Made by a program: the position numbers and the translations under genes. The notes under the pieces are model-generated. The model was given only the letters and a program-made list of their open reading frames with translations. It was not told the DNA's origin and did not search any database. Below are positions 1-8,631 of a DNA stretch of 32,000 nucleotides, one piece after another (positions within the stretch are counted from its first letter, which is position 1; each line of letters starts with the position of its first letter). Origin of the DNA: Edaphobacter aggregans. GTDB taxonomy: Bacteria > Acidobacteriota > Terriglobia > Terriglobales > Acidobacteriaceae. The stretch spans positions 3,870,001 to 3,902,000 of the forward strand of contig NZ_RSDW01000001.1 of NCBI RefSeq assembly GCF_003945235.1, given 5' to 3'.

Positions 1-1
1 T

Positions 2-211
2 GCGATTTCGGGACCTCTCCAGATTGGTTTTGGGGGATTGCCTGGAGGCGTCACGCTAACGAATGCAACTACGGCGAATGATGGCATTCCCTTTGTCACC
101 CTGCCTGCCGGACTTGCGCCAGGACAATCCACGGCCTTTACAGTGCAGTTCGGCGACCCATCTAACTTGAGCATTACCTATTCACCGATCGTCTATTCGG
201 GAGCGTTTTGA
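2..211 (+). CDS. 3' end of an ORF entering from upstream of the window (hypothetical surface/secreted protein C-terminus)
   Basis: Frame 2 is open from the window edge to TGA 209-211. Translation: ...LTNATTANDGIPFVTLPAGLAPGQSTAFTVQFGDPSNLSITYSPIVYSGAF*. Absent from the ORF track because no start lies in the window. Confidence 0.4.
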   Translation, partial: AISGPLQIGFGGLPGGVTLTNATTANDGIPFVTLPAGLAPGQSTAFTVQFGDPSNLSITYSPIVYSGAF

Positions 212-212
212 C

Positions 213-902
213 GTGAGACTAGCATCGTTGAAGGAACTAATTGTGCGATCTCTGCCGACTATGGGATTGTTGACACTCCTCGGAATGTTTTCTACCGGCG
301 GCCCCGCGTGGGCAGACCCGCTTTCGTATCTGGTGACGATCAACACATCGACGATCAACGGTACCTCGGGAAATCTGGATCTGCAATTCAATCCTGGGGC
401 GCTTCCCGGCACGCAATCAGCCACCGCGACGGTCCAAGGATTCGCTTCCGACGGAACCCTTGGAACTGCGGGGCTAACAGGCGACGTTGCTGGAACGCTG
501 CCCGGCACACTGTCATTCGACAATCAGACCGTATTCAATGATGACTTTCAGGCGATCGTATTTGGCAACACCATTCAGTTCAATTTGGTTCTATCCGGAC
601 CTGCGGTGCTGACTCCCGATGGCATCTCAACTTCGGGCAGCAGCTTCGGCATTGGACTGTGGGACAGCACCGGCTTCAATCCGCTCCTGACGTCGGACCC
701 GAACGGCTTCGCAGGGATCGTGAACATTAACCTCGATGGAAGTGGAACGGCGACCATTTTCCTCACTGATGCCGGTGGTCCACCCGTGGTGACTGTCACA
801 CCGGAGATAGCCTCCACCGTGCCGGAGCCGGGTAGCATACTGCTATTCGGAACCGGGCTGACGGCAATGATCAGAATCGTTCGCAGGGGACTTCGAGGGT
901 AG
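213..902 (+). CDS. PEP-CTERM sorting-domain protein (secreted/surface)
   Basis: The C-terminus STVPEPGSILLFGTGLTAMIRIVRRGLRG has a PEP motif, a hydrophobic helix and an Arg-rich tail. A signal-like MGLLTLLGMFSTGGPAWA follows the alternative start ATG 261. GTG 213 is the longest start. Confidence 0.85.
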   Translation: MRLASLKELIVRSLPTMGLLTLLGMFSTGGPAWADPLSYLVTINTSTINGTSGNLDLQFNPGALPGTQSATATVQGFASDGTLGTAGLTGDVAGTLPGTLSFDNQTVFNDDFQAIVFGNTIQFNLVLSGPAVLTPDGISTSGSSFGIGLWDSTGFNPLLTSDPNGFAGIVNINLDGSGTATIFLTDAGGPPVVTVTPEIASTVPEPGSILLFGTGLTAMIRIVRRGLRG

Positions 903-1172
903 AGACTGAGTCAGGACCGGCAGGTTTCCAGCAGTTGGCAGGCCTGTGATCTGTTTCACGACGGTGTACGAAGACAGTCCTCTCAGAGAAAATGGGGAGC
1001 GAGCGCGGTATGGTCACCTGATCGACGGGCGCGGATACCGTGTATGGTCCTCAACCTGTAGGTCGTTGACCACCTCGAAGTCTCCTTCTTCGGCGCCGTT
1101 TATCAAAGACTTATCGACCCCCTGACGCGACCCCTTATTCACCACCGAGCAACCGCTACCATAGGATGAAAG

Positions 1173-2000
1173 GTGAGGAAGCCTATGTCATCGAACCAAA
1201 TGTCATCGAACCAAACTTCTGCACCTCGTCAGCACGCATCCACTGGACCTACGCTGCCGCCACTACCCGAACCGAGCCACGCTGAGCGTGTCCGGACCCT
1301 CATGTCACTGGCCTCAGTTGCCACCCTATCGACGCTTTCCCGCAAGCACCCGGGCTTTCCCTTCGGTTCGCTGATGCCCTTCGCTCTCGATTCTTCCGGT
1401 CGGCCCATCTTCTTCATCAGCAATATGGCCATGCACACTCAGAATCTGAAGAGCGACCAGCGATGCAGCCTCTTCGTTGGGCAAGTAGCTGCCGATGGGG
1501 ATGCACTTGGGGCCGCAAGGGTGACCCTGATAGGCACCGCCGAACCCATGGCCCAGAACGACATAGTTGACGCTCGGGAGAAATACCTCGCTCGCCATGA
1601 GAATAGTCGCTACTGGGTTGACTTCGCAGATTTCAGCTTCTTCCGACTCCAGCCCATCGATGTCTACTACATCGGTGGCTTTGGCGTGATGGGTTGGGTC
1701 GAGGCGCGAGACTATGAACAAGCCGCTCCAGACCCGCTGGCCGGGGCCGCTCCTGGCATTCTGGCGCACATGAACGCTGACCATGTCGATTCGATGATCC
1801 TGTTGGCGCGGTCTCATGCAGGAATCGAAGCGACAGAGGTGGCTATGACCTCTGTCGACCGCCTGGGTTTCTCTCTTCGATTGAAGACCCGTGAAGGAAT
1901 GAAAGGTACTCGCATCAACTTCAACCATGAGGTAGTCACTCCGCAGCAAACTCGGGCAGTGCTCGTTGAGATGGTGCGTCAAGCCAGACTCGGAGCGTAA
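1173..2000 (+). CDS. PNPOx-fold / HugZ-like heme-utilisation-type protein with DUF2470-like C-terminal region
   Basis: 275-aa ORF. The N-terminal half (HPGFPFGSLMPFALDSSGRPIFFISNMAMHTQNL) resembles a split-barrel FMN-binding fold. The C-terminal ILAHMNADHVDSMILLAR resembles DUF2470. Probable start is ATG 1185 behind AGGTGAGGAAG. The antisense 311-aa ORF is a shadow. Confidence 0.7.
   Translation: MRKPMSSNQMSSNQTSAPRQHASTGPTLPPLPEPSHAERVRTLMSLASVATLSTLSRKHPGFPFGSLMPFALDSSGRPIFFISNMAMHTQNLKSDQRCSLFVGQVAADGDALGAARVTLIGTAEPMAQNDIVDAREKYLARHENSRYWVDFADFSFFRLQPIDVYYIGGFGVMGWVEARDYEQAAPDPLAGAAPGILAHMNADHVDSMILLARSHAGIEATEVAMTSVDRLGFSLRLKTREGMKGTRINFNHEVVTPQQTRAVLVEMVRQARLGA
1185..1214 (+). repeat. 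Perfect 15-bp tandem duplication (atgtcatcgaaccaa x2) that includes the start codon
   Basis: Read directly: 1185-1199 is identical to 1200-1214 and encodes MSSNQ-MSSNQ. Confidence 0.95.
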
Positions 2001-2049
2001 AAGAAGAGCGGGGAATTTGTCCAGGGTCTCGTTCGCGTACATTGACTCT

Positions 2050-2763
2050 ATGAGTCTGCTCGGATCAATCGTACGATGGCAAGCGGAGGCTCTGAAGATT
2101 CCCCCGCCATCGGACACCAACCTCCTACCCGCGGTGGGAGGACTTCCCGGCCCGGCGTTTTTCCCTGAAGGCTTGGGACTAAGTGAGTCAGCTCTGTGCC
2201 AGAACGATCGCCCCACGATCATCGCGATAGGGCACAACTTCGGTTGCCAAGAGTACCGCACTGAAATTCAAGTGGCAGGTCGCGAAGACGACAAACCCAC
2301 GTGGCGTAACTTGGACGCTCTGCTCGGACAAGCCGGTGCCAATCCTTCTCAGTGTTTTCGCACAAACTGGTTTGTCGGCCTTCTCCCTGGCGGCAAACAG
2401 ACTGGACGCTTCCTTCGAAAGCCTGACTATGAGTACCAGCAGGCTTGCCTCTCCCTTTTGGTAAAACAGATCCAGATGATCAAGCCGACGGCGATACTCA
2501 TCCTCGGCCCTGAGGTCGCCAGCCGTGCCAGTAATCTAATTCCAGCACTGGCACCCTGGCGAGGTGCTGAACGATGGGTCGATATTGACCAGAGCACCAT
2601 TGGACACTCTGTACGCGACGTCGAGGTTTCTGCAGCAAGCATTCGGACCAACGTTGTCGCTCTCTTGCATCCGTCCTTCGGAATTGCTAATCAGGGTCGC
2701 CGCATGAAGAACATGCACGTCCCCAGGACAGAAGCTGAAATCCTTCGGGCGGCACTGGAGTAG
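2050..2763 (+). CDS. Uracil-DNA glycosylase superfamily-like protein (putative)
   Basis: The motif order IIAIGHNFG ... FRTNWF ... ILILG ... LLHPSFG resembles the UDG-superfamily layout (GxxPG-type motif, late HPS motif). Start moved from 1966 to ATG 2050 to remove the overlap with the upstream gene. Assignment is from memory only. Confidence 0.5.
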   Translation: MSLLGSIVRWQAEALKIPPPSDTNLLPAVGGLPGPAFFPEGLGLSESALCQNDRPTIIAIGHNFGCQEYRTEIQVAGREDDKPTWRNLDALLGQAGANPSQCFRTNWFVGLLPGGKQTGRFLRKPDYEYQQACLSLLVKQIQMIKPTAILILGPEVASRASNLIPALAPWRGAERWVDIDQSTIGHSVRDVEVSAASIRTNVVALLHPSFGIANQGRRMKNMHVPRTEAEILRAALE

Positions 2764-3069
2764 GTGTATGCCGCATTGGAATGGGAACATCTAGTTTGAG
2801 CGTATCAACTGCGGTGTAATGGGAGTTTGGCTGCCGACCGGGTGGCATCGAAGACTATCTCCAGCGCTTCGCCAATCCTCGGGGAAGTCTTCGACCTTCG
2901 TTGGCGAATCGAGGAGATAAGACTCAAATTCCACAAACGACATGATCACTCTGTAGGTTGTAAATGGGACGCTATCAAAGTCCCAAAGGAAGGACGTCGA
3001 CTTGAAGACAACCTATAGGGAAGGTAAATCGAGTGGCTCCATAGCTAAGTGTCTCAATGAGGTTGGCCT

Positions 3070-3669
3070 ATGAAGCGTGCCGCGCTATACCTCAGAGTTT
3101 CAACTTTTGAACAGTCTCCACAGAACCAGTTGCATGACCTCAGGCAGTTCGCAAACCAGCGGGGTTGCCAAATCGTTGAAGAATACACAGACCACGGGGT
3201 CTCAGGGACTAAAGCCCGACGTCCTGGCTTGGATCGGTTACTGATGGATGCAAATAGGCGCCGCTTCGACGTGGTCCTTGTCTGGTCCTGCGACCGTCTG
3301 GCCAGAAACACCAAACACTTCCTGCAGGTGCTCGACGAGCTGAACGAACTTGGAATCCAGTTCCTCTCCCAACGTGAAGCCATCGATACCGAAGGTCCCC
3401 TAGGCCGGGCGATCGTCGTGATTGTGTCCGCAGTAGCCGAACTAGAACGGTCGCTTATCGTTGAACGGGTTCGTGCTGGTATGCGGAGGGCGAAACTTGA
3501 TGGCCGCCGCATCGGGCGGATTCCTCTCGATGTCAACCATGCGGCATTGGTCAAGGACCGCTTATCTGGAATGTCCTTGACCCATGTGGCTAAGAAGTAC
3601 GGCCTCTCGAGGGCGAGCGTTGTCCGCTTTGTCCGGGAAGCACAAACACGGCATTCGGAGACGAATTAG
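3070..3669 (+). CDS. Small serine recombinase (resolvase/invertase family) with C-terminal HTH
   Basis: MKRAALYLRVSTFEQSPQNQ contains the catalytic-Ser motif. VSGTKARRPGLDRLL, VLVWSCDRLARN and AELERSLIVERVRAGM follow, and the C-terminal LTHVAKKYGLSRASVVRFV is an HTH. Length is 199 aa. Confidence 0.92.
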   Translation: MKRAALYLRVSTFEQSPQNQLHDLRQFANQRGCQIVEEYTDHGVSGTKARRPGLDRLLMDANRRRFDVVLVWSCDRLARNTKHFLQVLDELNELGIQFLSQREAIDTEGPLGRAIVVIVSAVAELERSLIVERVRAGMRRAKLDGRRIGRIPLDVNHAALVKDRLSGMSLTHVAKKYGLSRASVVRFVREAQTRHSETN

Positions 3670-3712
3670 TAGATTTTGCTGCTAATGCCCATAGGGATAG
3701 AGAGAAATTGCT

Positions 3713-4114
3713 ATGTGTGTAGATTGCGACGGATTAGAGGTAGGGCTCGTGGTTAGCCTAAAGATCCTCCGAGAGACCTTAAGGGGATTAAGCATCAATG
3801 GCAGGCGCTGGTGGATTGCCTGTGATCCACATGACGCAGCTACCAGAGGCTACGTCTCGGTTGGTTATGGCGATCCGCAATGCGAGGACCGACTGAACAC
3901 CGTGTATTTTCGATTTCCGATAATCGGGGATGTCACTCCAGGGATTTCAGCTGACAGGCTTGTATTACTGATCGATCCGTCCACCTGCACGCCCGAGGCG
4001 CCAGGTTTCTATTTAGAAGGTGGACGGGTGGTGCAGGATTCGTTGGAGGACTTCCTTCGTTTTTACCCGCCCCTTAAACGTGCTTTGATAACCCGGTTGC
4101 AGATCGAGACGTGA
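3713..4114 (+). CDS. Hypothetical protein (133 aa)
   Basis: Longest ORF here with an ATG start and no recognisable motif. The region is visibly more AT-rich than its flanks. Confidence 0.4.
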   Translation: MCVDCDGLEVGLVVSLKILRETLRGLSINGRRWWIACDPHDAATRGYVSVGYGDPQCEDRLNTVYFRFPIIGDVTPGISADRLVLLIDPSTCTPEAPGFYLEGGRVVQDSLEDFLRFYPPLKRALITRLQIET

Positions 4115-4145
4115 TCGAGAGTGAAGTAAAAGCGAATCAAGTAAT

Positions 4146-4496
4146 TTGGTGATTACATCGAGGACATTAGATGGGGATTTTACTGTGACAAAGAACGAAA
4201 TTATCACGAAGACCTTGACGGAGATGAACCGGAATTGTGGGGACTTTGGCGGCTCTGGACTTGATCCCGTGGAAGAGCTTGATCGCGAGGAACTCGTGAT
4301 CGCCACGCTCAGAGAGCAACTCCCCGACGATGACGTTAATACTTGCGAGGATCTCCAAGGATTGGCAGCGAAATGTTGCGACACTTGTCACCGGTTCTAC
4401 CCTCACTACGACATGTATTTGGAGAAGCTCCCGACGGGTGGTAAAGCGTGGATTTGCTGCACCGTTCGCGCTGAGTTCTTGAAGTCCCTCATATAG
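4146..4496 (+). CDS. Hypothetical acidic, Cys-rich protein (116 aa)
   Basis: GTG start. The C-terminal cluster is AAKCCDTCHRFYPHYDMYLEKLPTGGKAWICC. Antisense ORFs 4013-4384 and 4167-4610 have poorer composition. Confidence 0.4.
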   Translation: MVITSRTLDGDFTVTKNEIITKTLTEMNRNCGDFGGSGLDPVEELDREELVIATLREQLPDDDVNTCEDLQGLAAKCCDTCHRFYPHYDMYLEKLPTGGKAWICCTVRAEFLKSLI

Positions 4497-4714
4497 CTCG
4501 ATATCCCGACGCGACTCGTTCCAGTCGGAATGGCAATCCCAACCGTTTGATCCTGAGGATATGGCAGCAAGCTGGATGAGTGCTAAGTCCTGTTGGCAGT
4601 AGTTGAGCAAAGGGCCACTTGTCCGGAAAGGCGGGCGGTCTCAACCGGTCGATGCAACATCATCTGATTTAGATCATTTCTTAGAGGTGGTGTTGATGAG
4701 ACAAGGAAGACGGT

Positions 4715-4795
4715 ATGGGCTTTTTTGCGGAACAGAAGGCGGACATATGGCACCGCTGGAAGGCGGGCGAGTCGCTGCATGAGATTGGACGCGCC
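4715..4795 (+). pseudogene. IS30-family transposase N-terminal HTH remnant
   Basis: FAEQKADIWHRWKAGESLHEIGRA parallels the E. coli IS30 N-terminus FTAEEKASVFELWKNGTGFSEIANILG (from memory). Similarity stops after about 27 aa and no DDE domain follows. Confidence 0.4.
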
Positions 4796-4972
4796 GAGTT
4801 TTCCACAACTTTCTTTCGAAAAGCGGCAGCAAGTGTAAATTTCTTCCTGCGAATTTTGAATATACAGGTGTGCATTTTGTGGGCAGAGCAAAGTTTGTGG
4901 CCGTCCTATCATCGGCCAACAGTTTTGCGACAGCCAGGAAGTCTAATCTGCCAATATCCGGAGGGCGTACCG

Positions 4973-5192
4973 ATGCCGATGAGAAAGTGGCCTCTTCTCG
5001 ATTCCAATCCAGCATATCTGGGTGGCCGCCCATGCGTTGACGGGACGCGGCTGAGTACGGAGCACGTCTACCAGTGGTGTGCCGGAAGTGATTCGGTGCC
5101 CACGTGAAAATGGCCAGGAGTATCGGCCCGAAGAGACCGCGAAGCAGATCAAGCAGGCGATCGCGTTCGAGAGGCAGCGCCGCGAAATCTGA
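4973..5192 (+). pseudogene. DUF433-family gene with an apparent frameshift
   Basis: MPMRKWPLLDSNPAYLGGRPCVDGTRLSTEHVYQWCAGSDSVPT* matches the DUF433 core (GGKPxIxGTRIxVexV). The expected C-terminal helix continues in another frame as ENGQEYRPEETAKQIKQAIAFERQRREI*, with its stop at 5190-5192. Confidence 0.5.
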
Positions 5193-5347
5193 ATAGCCCA
5201 ATAGTGTCATAGGGTTAGCAGACGTTTTGGGCATAGAATTGGGCCACTCAAGGCAGCTACATTGTGATCGGCGCAGCGTAAAGAGGCTGAATCGTCCACA
5301 GTGCTGTCCTTTCAAAGCGAGAAAGAGTTCGGGGAAATAGAGCAGCA

Positions 5348-6592
5348 TTGAAAATCACCATTCATAAGGGCAGCCAAGAAATTGGTGGAAACTGTATTCA
5401 GGTCTCAGCGGGAAAGACAACGATTCTTCTCGATGCCGGACTTCCTCTCAGTGCCGACAGCCAACCCGTAGACCTCTCGCACCTTTCCGTGGATGCCCTT
5501 CTTGTCAGCCATCCTCATCAGGACCACTTCGGCCTGATGGCTACGCTGCCGCCCGGCACTTCGGTCTACATCGGCAGGCTGGCCCGCAGCCTGATCGACG
5601 CCCCGCAGGTGTTCCTCGGCAGAGATAGATATGCGCTCGACTTCCACGACTTCAAGGCCTGGCAGCCGTTTACCATCGGCGAGTTCACCATCACTCCCTA
5701 TCTCGTCGACCACTCCGCCACCGATGCCTACGCCTTCCTCATCGAAGCCGAAGGCAAGCGCCTGTTCTACAGCGGCGATCTTCGCTCGCATGGCCGAACG
5801 GGAAAGCTCTTCGACAATCTCATACGGCGCCCCATTCGCGACATCGATCTCCTCTTCCTCGAAGGCACCATGCTGCACCGCAGCAACGACCAATTTCCTG
5901 ATGAGAAGGCGGTCGAAAACACAATCTTCCAGACAATTCGACAACAGAAGAACATCTCGTTCGTGCTTGCGTCCTCGCAAAACATCGACCGCATCGTCTC
6001 CGCCTATCGGGCCTGCAAACGTGCCGGCAAACTCCTCGTCATCGACATCTACACCGCATGGGTGCTCGAACAACTCCAGCAAATCACTCAAAATACGCCC
6101 GCCATGGATTGGGACGAGATAAGAGTTTTTGCCACTCACAGTCAGGACGAAAGGCTCAAGGCCAACCCAGACTACTTTGGAGATTTCAGAAAGCGGCTCT
6201 ATCGCCACAGGGTCAAGCGTGAGGAACTACACGCAACTCCCAAATCATTTCTTTACTTTGGCAAGATGTCCAGCTTTCGCCTCATTGATGAATTCAAGAA
6301 CGCCGCAGCGCCCGTCAATGCCATCTACTCGCAGTGGCTTGGCTATCTCGACGGAACCCACACCGACTACTTCGGCAGTGACAGAATCTCCGCCTGCCGC
6401 ACCGACCCGGCAGTCAACTTCGTCTACGCGCATACGAGCGGGCATGCACCATTGAAGGACCTGCAAAAACTGGCTGCGGCTTTGAAGCCGAAAATGCTGG
6501 TTCCGATTCATACCGAAGACGCAGAGGGTTTCAGAAGCAATTTCGAGCACGTAACGACACTAATGGATGGCGAGACGTTCGTCCTGAACTAG
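5348..6592 (+). CDS. Metallo-beta-lactamase-fold hydrolase of the beta-CASP (RNase J/CPSF/Artemis-like) nuclease type
   Basis: Contains the HxHxDH motif (LLVSHPHQDHFG), YLVDHS, FYSGDLRS, LFLEGT and a late HTSGHA...LVPIHTE motif, as in beta-CASP motifs B/C. TTG start, 414 aa. The antisense 267-aa ORF is a shadow. Confidence 0.85.
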   Translation: MKITIHKGSQEIGGNCIQVSAGKTTILLDAGLPLSADSQPVDLSHLSVDALLVSHPHQDHFGLMATLPPGTSVYIGRLARSLIDAPQVFLGRDRYALDFHDFKAWQPFTIGEFTITPYLVDHSATDAYAFLIEAEGKRLFYSGDLRSHGRTGKLFDNLIRRPIRDIDLLFLEGTMLHRSNDQFPDEKAVENTIFQTIRQQKNISFVLASSQNIDRIVSAYRACKRAGKLLVIDIYTAWVLEQLQQITQNTPAMDWDEIRVFATHSQDERLKANPDYFGDFRKRLYRHRVKREELHATPKSFLYFGKMSSFRLIDEFKNAAAPVNAIYSQWLGYLDGTHTDYFGSDRISACRTDPAVNFVYAHTSGHAPLKDLQKLAAALKPKMLVPIHTEDAEGFRSNFEHVTTLMDGETFVLN

Positions 6593-6603
6593 AAAGGAAA
6601 GAC

Positions 6604-7572
6604 ATGGCAGAGAAGAAGGGGTTTAAGCGCCTCAAACCAAACGATCCACTCGTTAAGGAGCTTGCACCGGGCAACTATCCCTGGTGGGATACCCTCGTCG
6701 AACGTTCGCACACGGACAAAAAGATCAGCATCCAGGTGCGGGGCAATTATCTGAATGTGTATTCCACGATGGGCAATCTGCTAAAGGTAGAGATGGCGGG
6801 GGGGAAACTTGTCTGCAAGACGCACTACAAGTACCTGATTGATGATCTCGCCGACGAGTATGTCGTCCTTCGGGCGGAGAGCGATCATCTTGCCGTCAAG
6901 GAGCCCTCCTGTCCCCTAGTGACTTCGCTTCTGGAGGGCAAGCACTTACAGCGTGTACAGAACAACATTGCTGCCCACGCTGGACTTGAGAAGACGATTC
7001 AATCCAAACTGGTTTGGCATAACAGAAACACTCTGCTCGATGCGGAGATCGCGTTCAACGAAGAGGGGGAGCAGGGGGACAACACGGATCGCAAGACACG
7101 AATCGATCTGGTCAATCTCGACAAACGCAGCAATACAGTGGTCTTTGTAGAGCTGAAACAACTCAGCGATGTCCGACTGCACAGCGGCGAGGTGAATCAG
7201 CAGATTTCAAAATATATTGCCTTCGCGCAGAAGCAGAAAGAAAACATCATCGAGGCCTACCGGAACGTGATCGAGGTAAAAACCCTCCTCGGGATACTTC
7301 CAAAGACTTGGGAATTGGCAACGGCGAAGATCGAGCGCGTTGAGCCGAGGCCGATTCTGGCAATCGCGTGTTCCAACCAGAAGTATATCGACGACTGGAA
7401 GCGTGACCTCGAGAAGAAATTGGACACAAAACAGCTTGCAGGCCTCTATTTCTTCGGCACCAACGTCGATCTCAACCTGAAATCTGATAAGAACAAGGAA
7501 CAGTTTCTCGTCGATTCAGTGCCGGTGGAGCGTGAGGCAGAAAACACGGCCTGCTTTCCGATCGCTCCTTGA
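6604..7572 (+). CDS. PD-(D/E)xK (RecB/Cas4/Shedu-like) nuclease-fold protein, putative
   Basis: Starts 11 nt after the upstream stop, behind GAAAGGAAAG. The motif series is EKTIQSKL ... RIDLVNLDKRSNTVVFVELKQ ... NQQISKY, i.e. E / D / ExK / QxxxY order. The N-terminal ~130 aa are unassigned. Confidence 0.6.
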   Translation: MAEKKGFKRLKPNDPLVKELAPGNYPWWDTLVERSHTDKKISIQVRGNYLNVYSTMGNLLKVEMAGGKLVCKTHYKYLIDDLADEYVVLRAESDHLAVKEPSCPLVTSLLEGKHLQRVQNNIAAHAGLEKTIQSKLVWHNRNTLLDAEIAFNEEGEQGDNTDRKTRIDLVNLDKRSNTVVFVELKQLSDVRLHSGEVNQQISKYIAFAQKQKENIIEAYRNVIEVKTLLGILPKTWELATAKIERVEPRPILAIACSNQKYIDDWKRDLEKKLDTKQLAGLYFFGTNVDLNLKSDKNKEQFLVDSVPVEREAENTACFPIAP

Positions 7573-7655
7573 TAGGGGCGGTGCGTTAGGCACCAAGGAA
7601 AAGACTCCTTCTTGCCGTCTAACGAGATTCCTTGCAGCTGAGTAATGGAGGGGAA

Positions 7656-7862
7656 ATGTCAAGCACCAAACCGTCATCATGGAAACAATGCGCAACTTGC
7701 CAATATTGGGGAGGGCCACGGAAGGCAGACTTCACTCGTGTCCGTGTGGAGTACGGCAGCGACCAAGACAAGGGTGAATGCGTAGGAGGGGGATGGAACA
7801 GGCAACAGAAAACTGCTTCGAGCACGTGTGGCAAATGGGAGAAGTGGGGTGTGCTGAAGTAG
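7656..7862 (+). CDS. Small Cys/Trp-rich protein (68 aa), possible Zn-binding
   Basis: ATG 7656 lies 4 nt after GGAGGGG. Sequence is MSSTKPSSWKQCATCQYWGGPRKADFTRVRVEYGSDQDKGECVGGGWNRQQKTASSTCGKWEKWGVLK, with CxxC plus 2 further Cys and 5 Trp. Confidence 0.55.
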   Translation: MSSTKPSSWKQCATCQYWGGPRKADFTRVRVEYGSDQDKGECVGGGWNRQQKTASSTCGKWEKWGVLK

Positions 7863-7884
7863 TCAGTGTGGTTCGGGGAGCCGT

Positions 7885-8631
7885 ATGACGCGAGAGTGTC
7901 TCGTAAGAGACTGCGAGAGACTAAGGGCAAAATTCCCTGCGCCTACTCACCCAAAGTCAATGTTGTTTTATTGCGGGGTCTTAAAGGGGACTATGGTTCT
8001 AGTCTTGTTTGGCGATACGCACGAACTTCACCGTGAAGTGGAGGTTCCTGCAGGAGACATTCTGATCTGCGTAGGTGATTTCACTATGTTCAGCAGGAGC
8101 TTCTCCGCAATAGTGGACTTCAACGAATGGCTCGGGGAGCTTCCGCACCGCCATAAGATCGTGGTTCCCGGTAATCATGAGTTCTTCCTCGAATCGAACC
8201 CTAAACGCCGGGGACTCCTCGACAATGCTCACGTGCTGCTCGATGAAGGCATTGAGATCGAAGGGTTGCGCTTTTATGGTTCGCCCATGACCCCGCTCTA
8301 CGGTGCTGCGTTCGGTAAGTCCTCACCCAACGATCGGGAACGCCATTGGAGCAAGGTCCCGGATGACACTCACGTGCTTGTTACACATGGACCTCCGTTC
8401 GGTATTCTGGACGTTTCTCCCGACCAGGCGGATCGGATGGGAGATCCAGAGCTGCGAAATCGGGTGCGAGAATTGTCTTCTCTGAAGCTTCATGCGTTTG
8501 GCCACATTCATGGAGCACATGGTGCTGTTGAGCAGGACGGTGTTACATTCGCCAATGTCGCGCTAATGGGACACCTTGGCGACCTTGTGCAAGCGCCAAC
8601 AGTGCTGCGGATGACAAGCAGAAGAACCTGA
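7885..8631 (+). CDS. Calcineurin-like metallophosphoesterase
   Basis: Canonical motif order: LFGDTHE, CVGDFT, VPGNHEF, LVTHGPP, FGHIHG. The likelier start is ATG 7993 (MVLVLFGDTH) behind AAAGGGGA. ATG 7885 is the longest start. Confidence 0.85.
   Translation: MTRECLVRDCERLRAKFPAPTHPKSMLFYCGVLKGTMVLVLFGDTHELHREVEVPAGDILICVGDFTMFSRSFSAIVDFNEWLGELPHRHKIVVPGNHEFFLESNPKRRGLLDNAHVLLDEGIEIEGLRFYGSPMTPLYGAAFGKSSPNDRERHWSKVPDDTHVLVTHGPPFGILDVSPDQADRMGDPELRNRVRELSSLKLHAFGHIHGAHGAVEQDGVTFANVALMGHLGDLVQAPTVLRMTSRRT

Noticed and set aside
1326-2261. 311-aa minus-strand ORF
   Set aside because: It is antisense to the motif-bearing HugZ-like and UDG-like genes. It has Arg/Ser/Pro/His-rich composition with no motifs, so it is a shadow ORF.
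3012-3697. Short similar words flanking the serine recombinase gene (cctatagggaagg at ~3012, cccatagggatag at ~3689) as possible recombination sites
   Set aside because: Only about 9-11 matching bases, in direct orientation, with no further symmetry. This is compatible with chance and cannot be supported without comparative data.
4674-5348. 224-aa minus-strand ORF spanning the IS30/DUF433 remnant region
   Set aside because: Composition is junk-like (R/S/C/P-rich) with no motifs. The plus strand carries recognisable, though broken, IS30 and DUF433 similarity.
5405-6208. 267-aa minus-strand ORF and the 163-aa plus-strand alternative-frame ORF (5631-6122)
   Set aside because: Both lie inside the MBL/beta-CASP gene, whose frame carries the catalytic motifs. 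They are shadow frames of GC-biased coding DNA.
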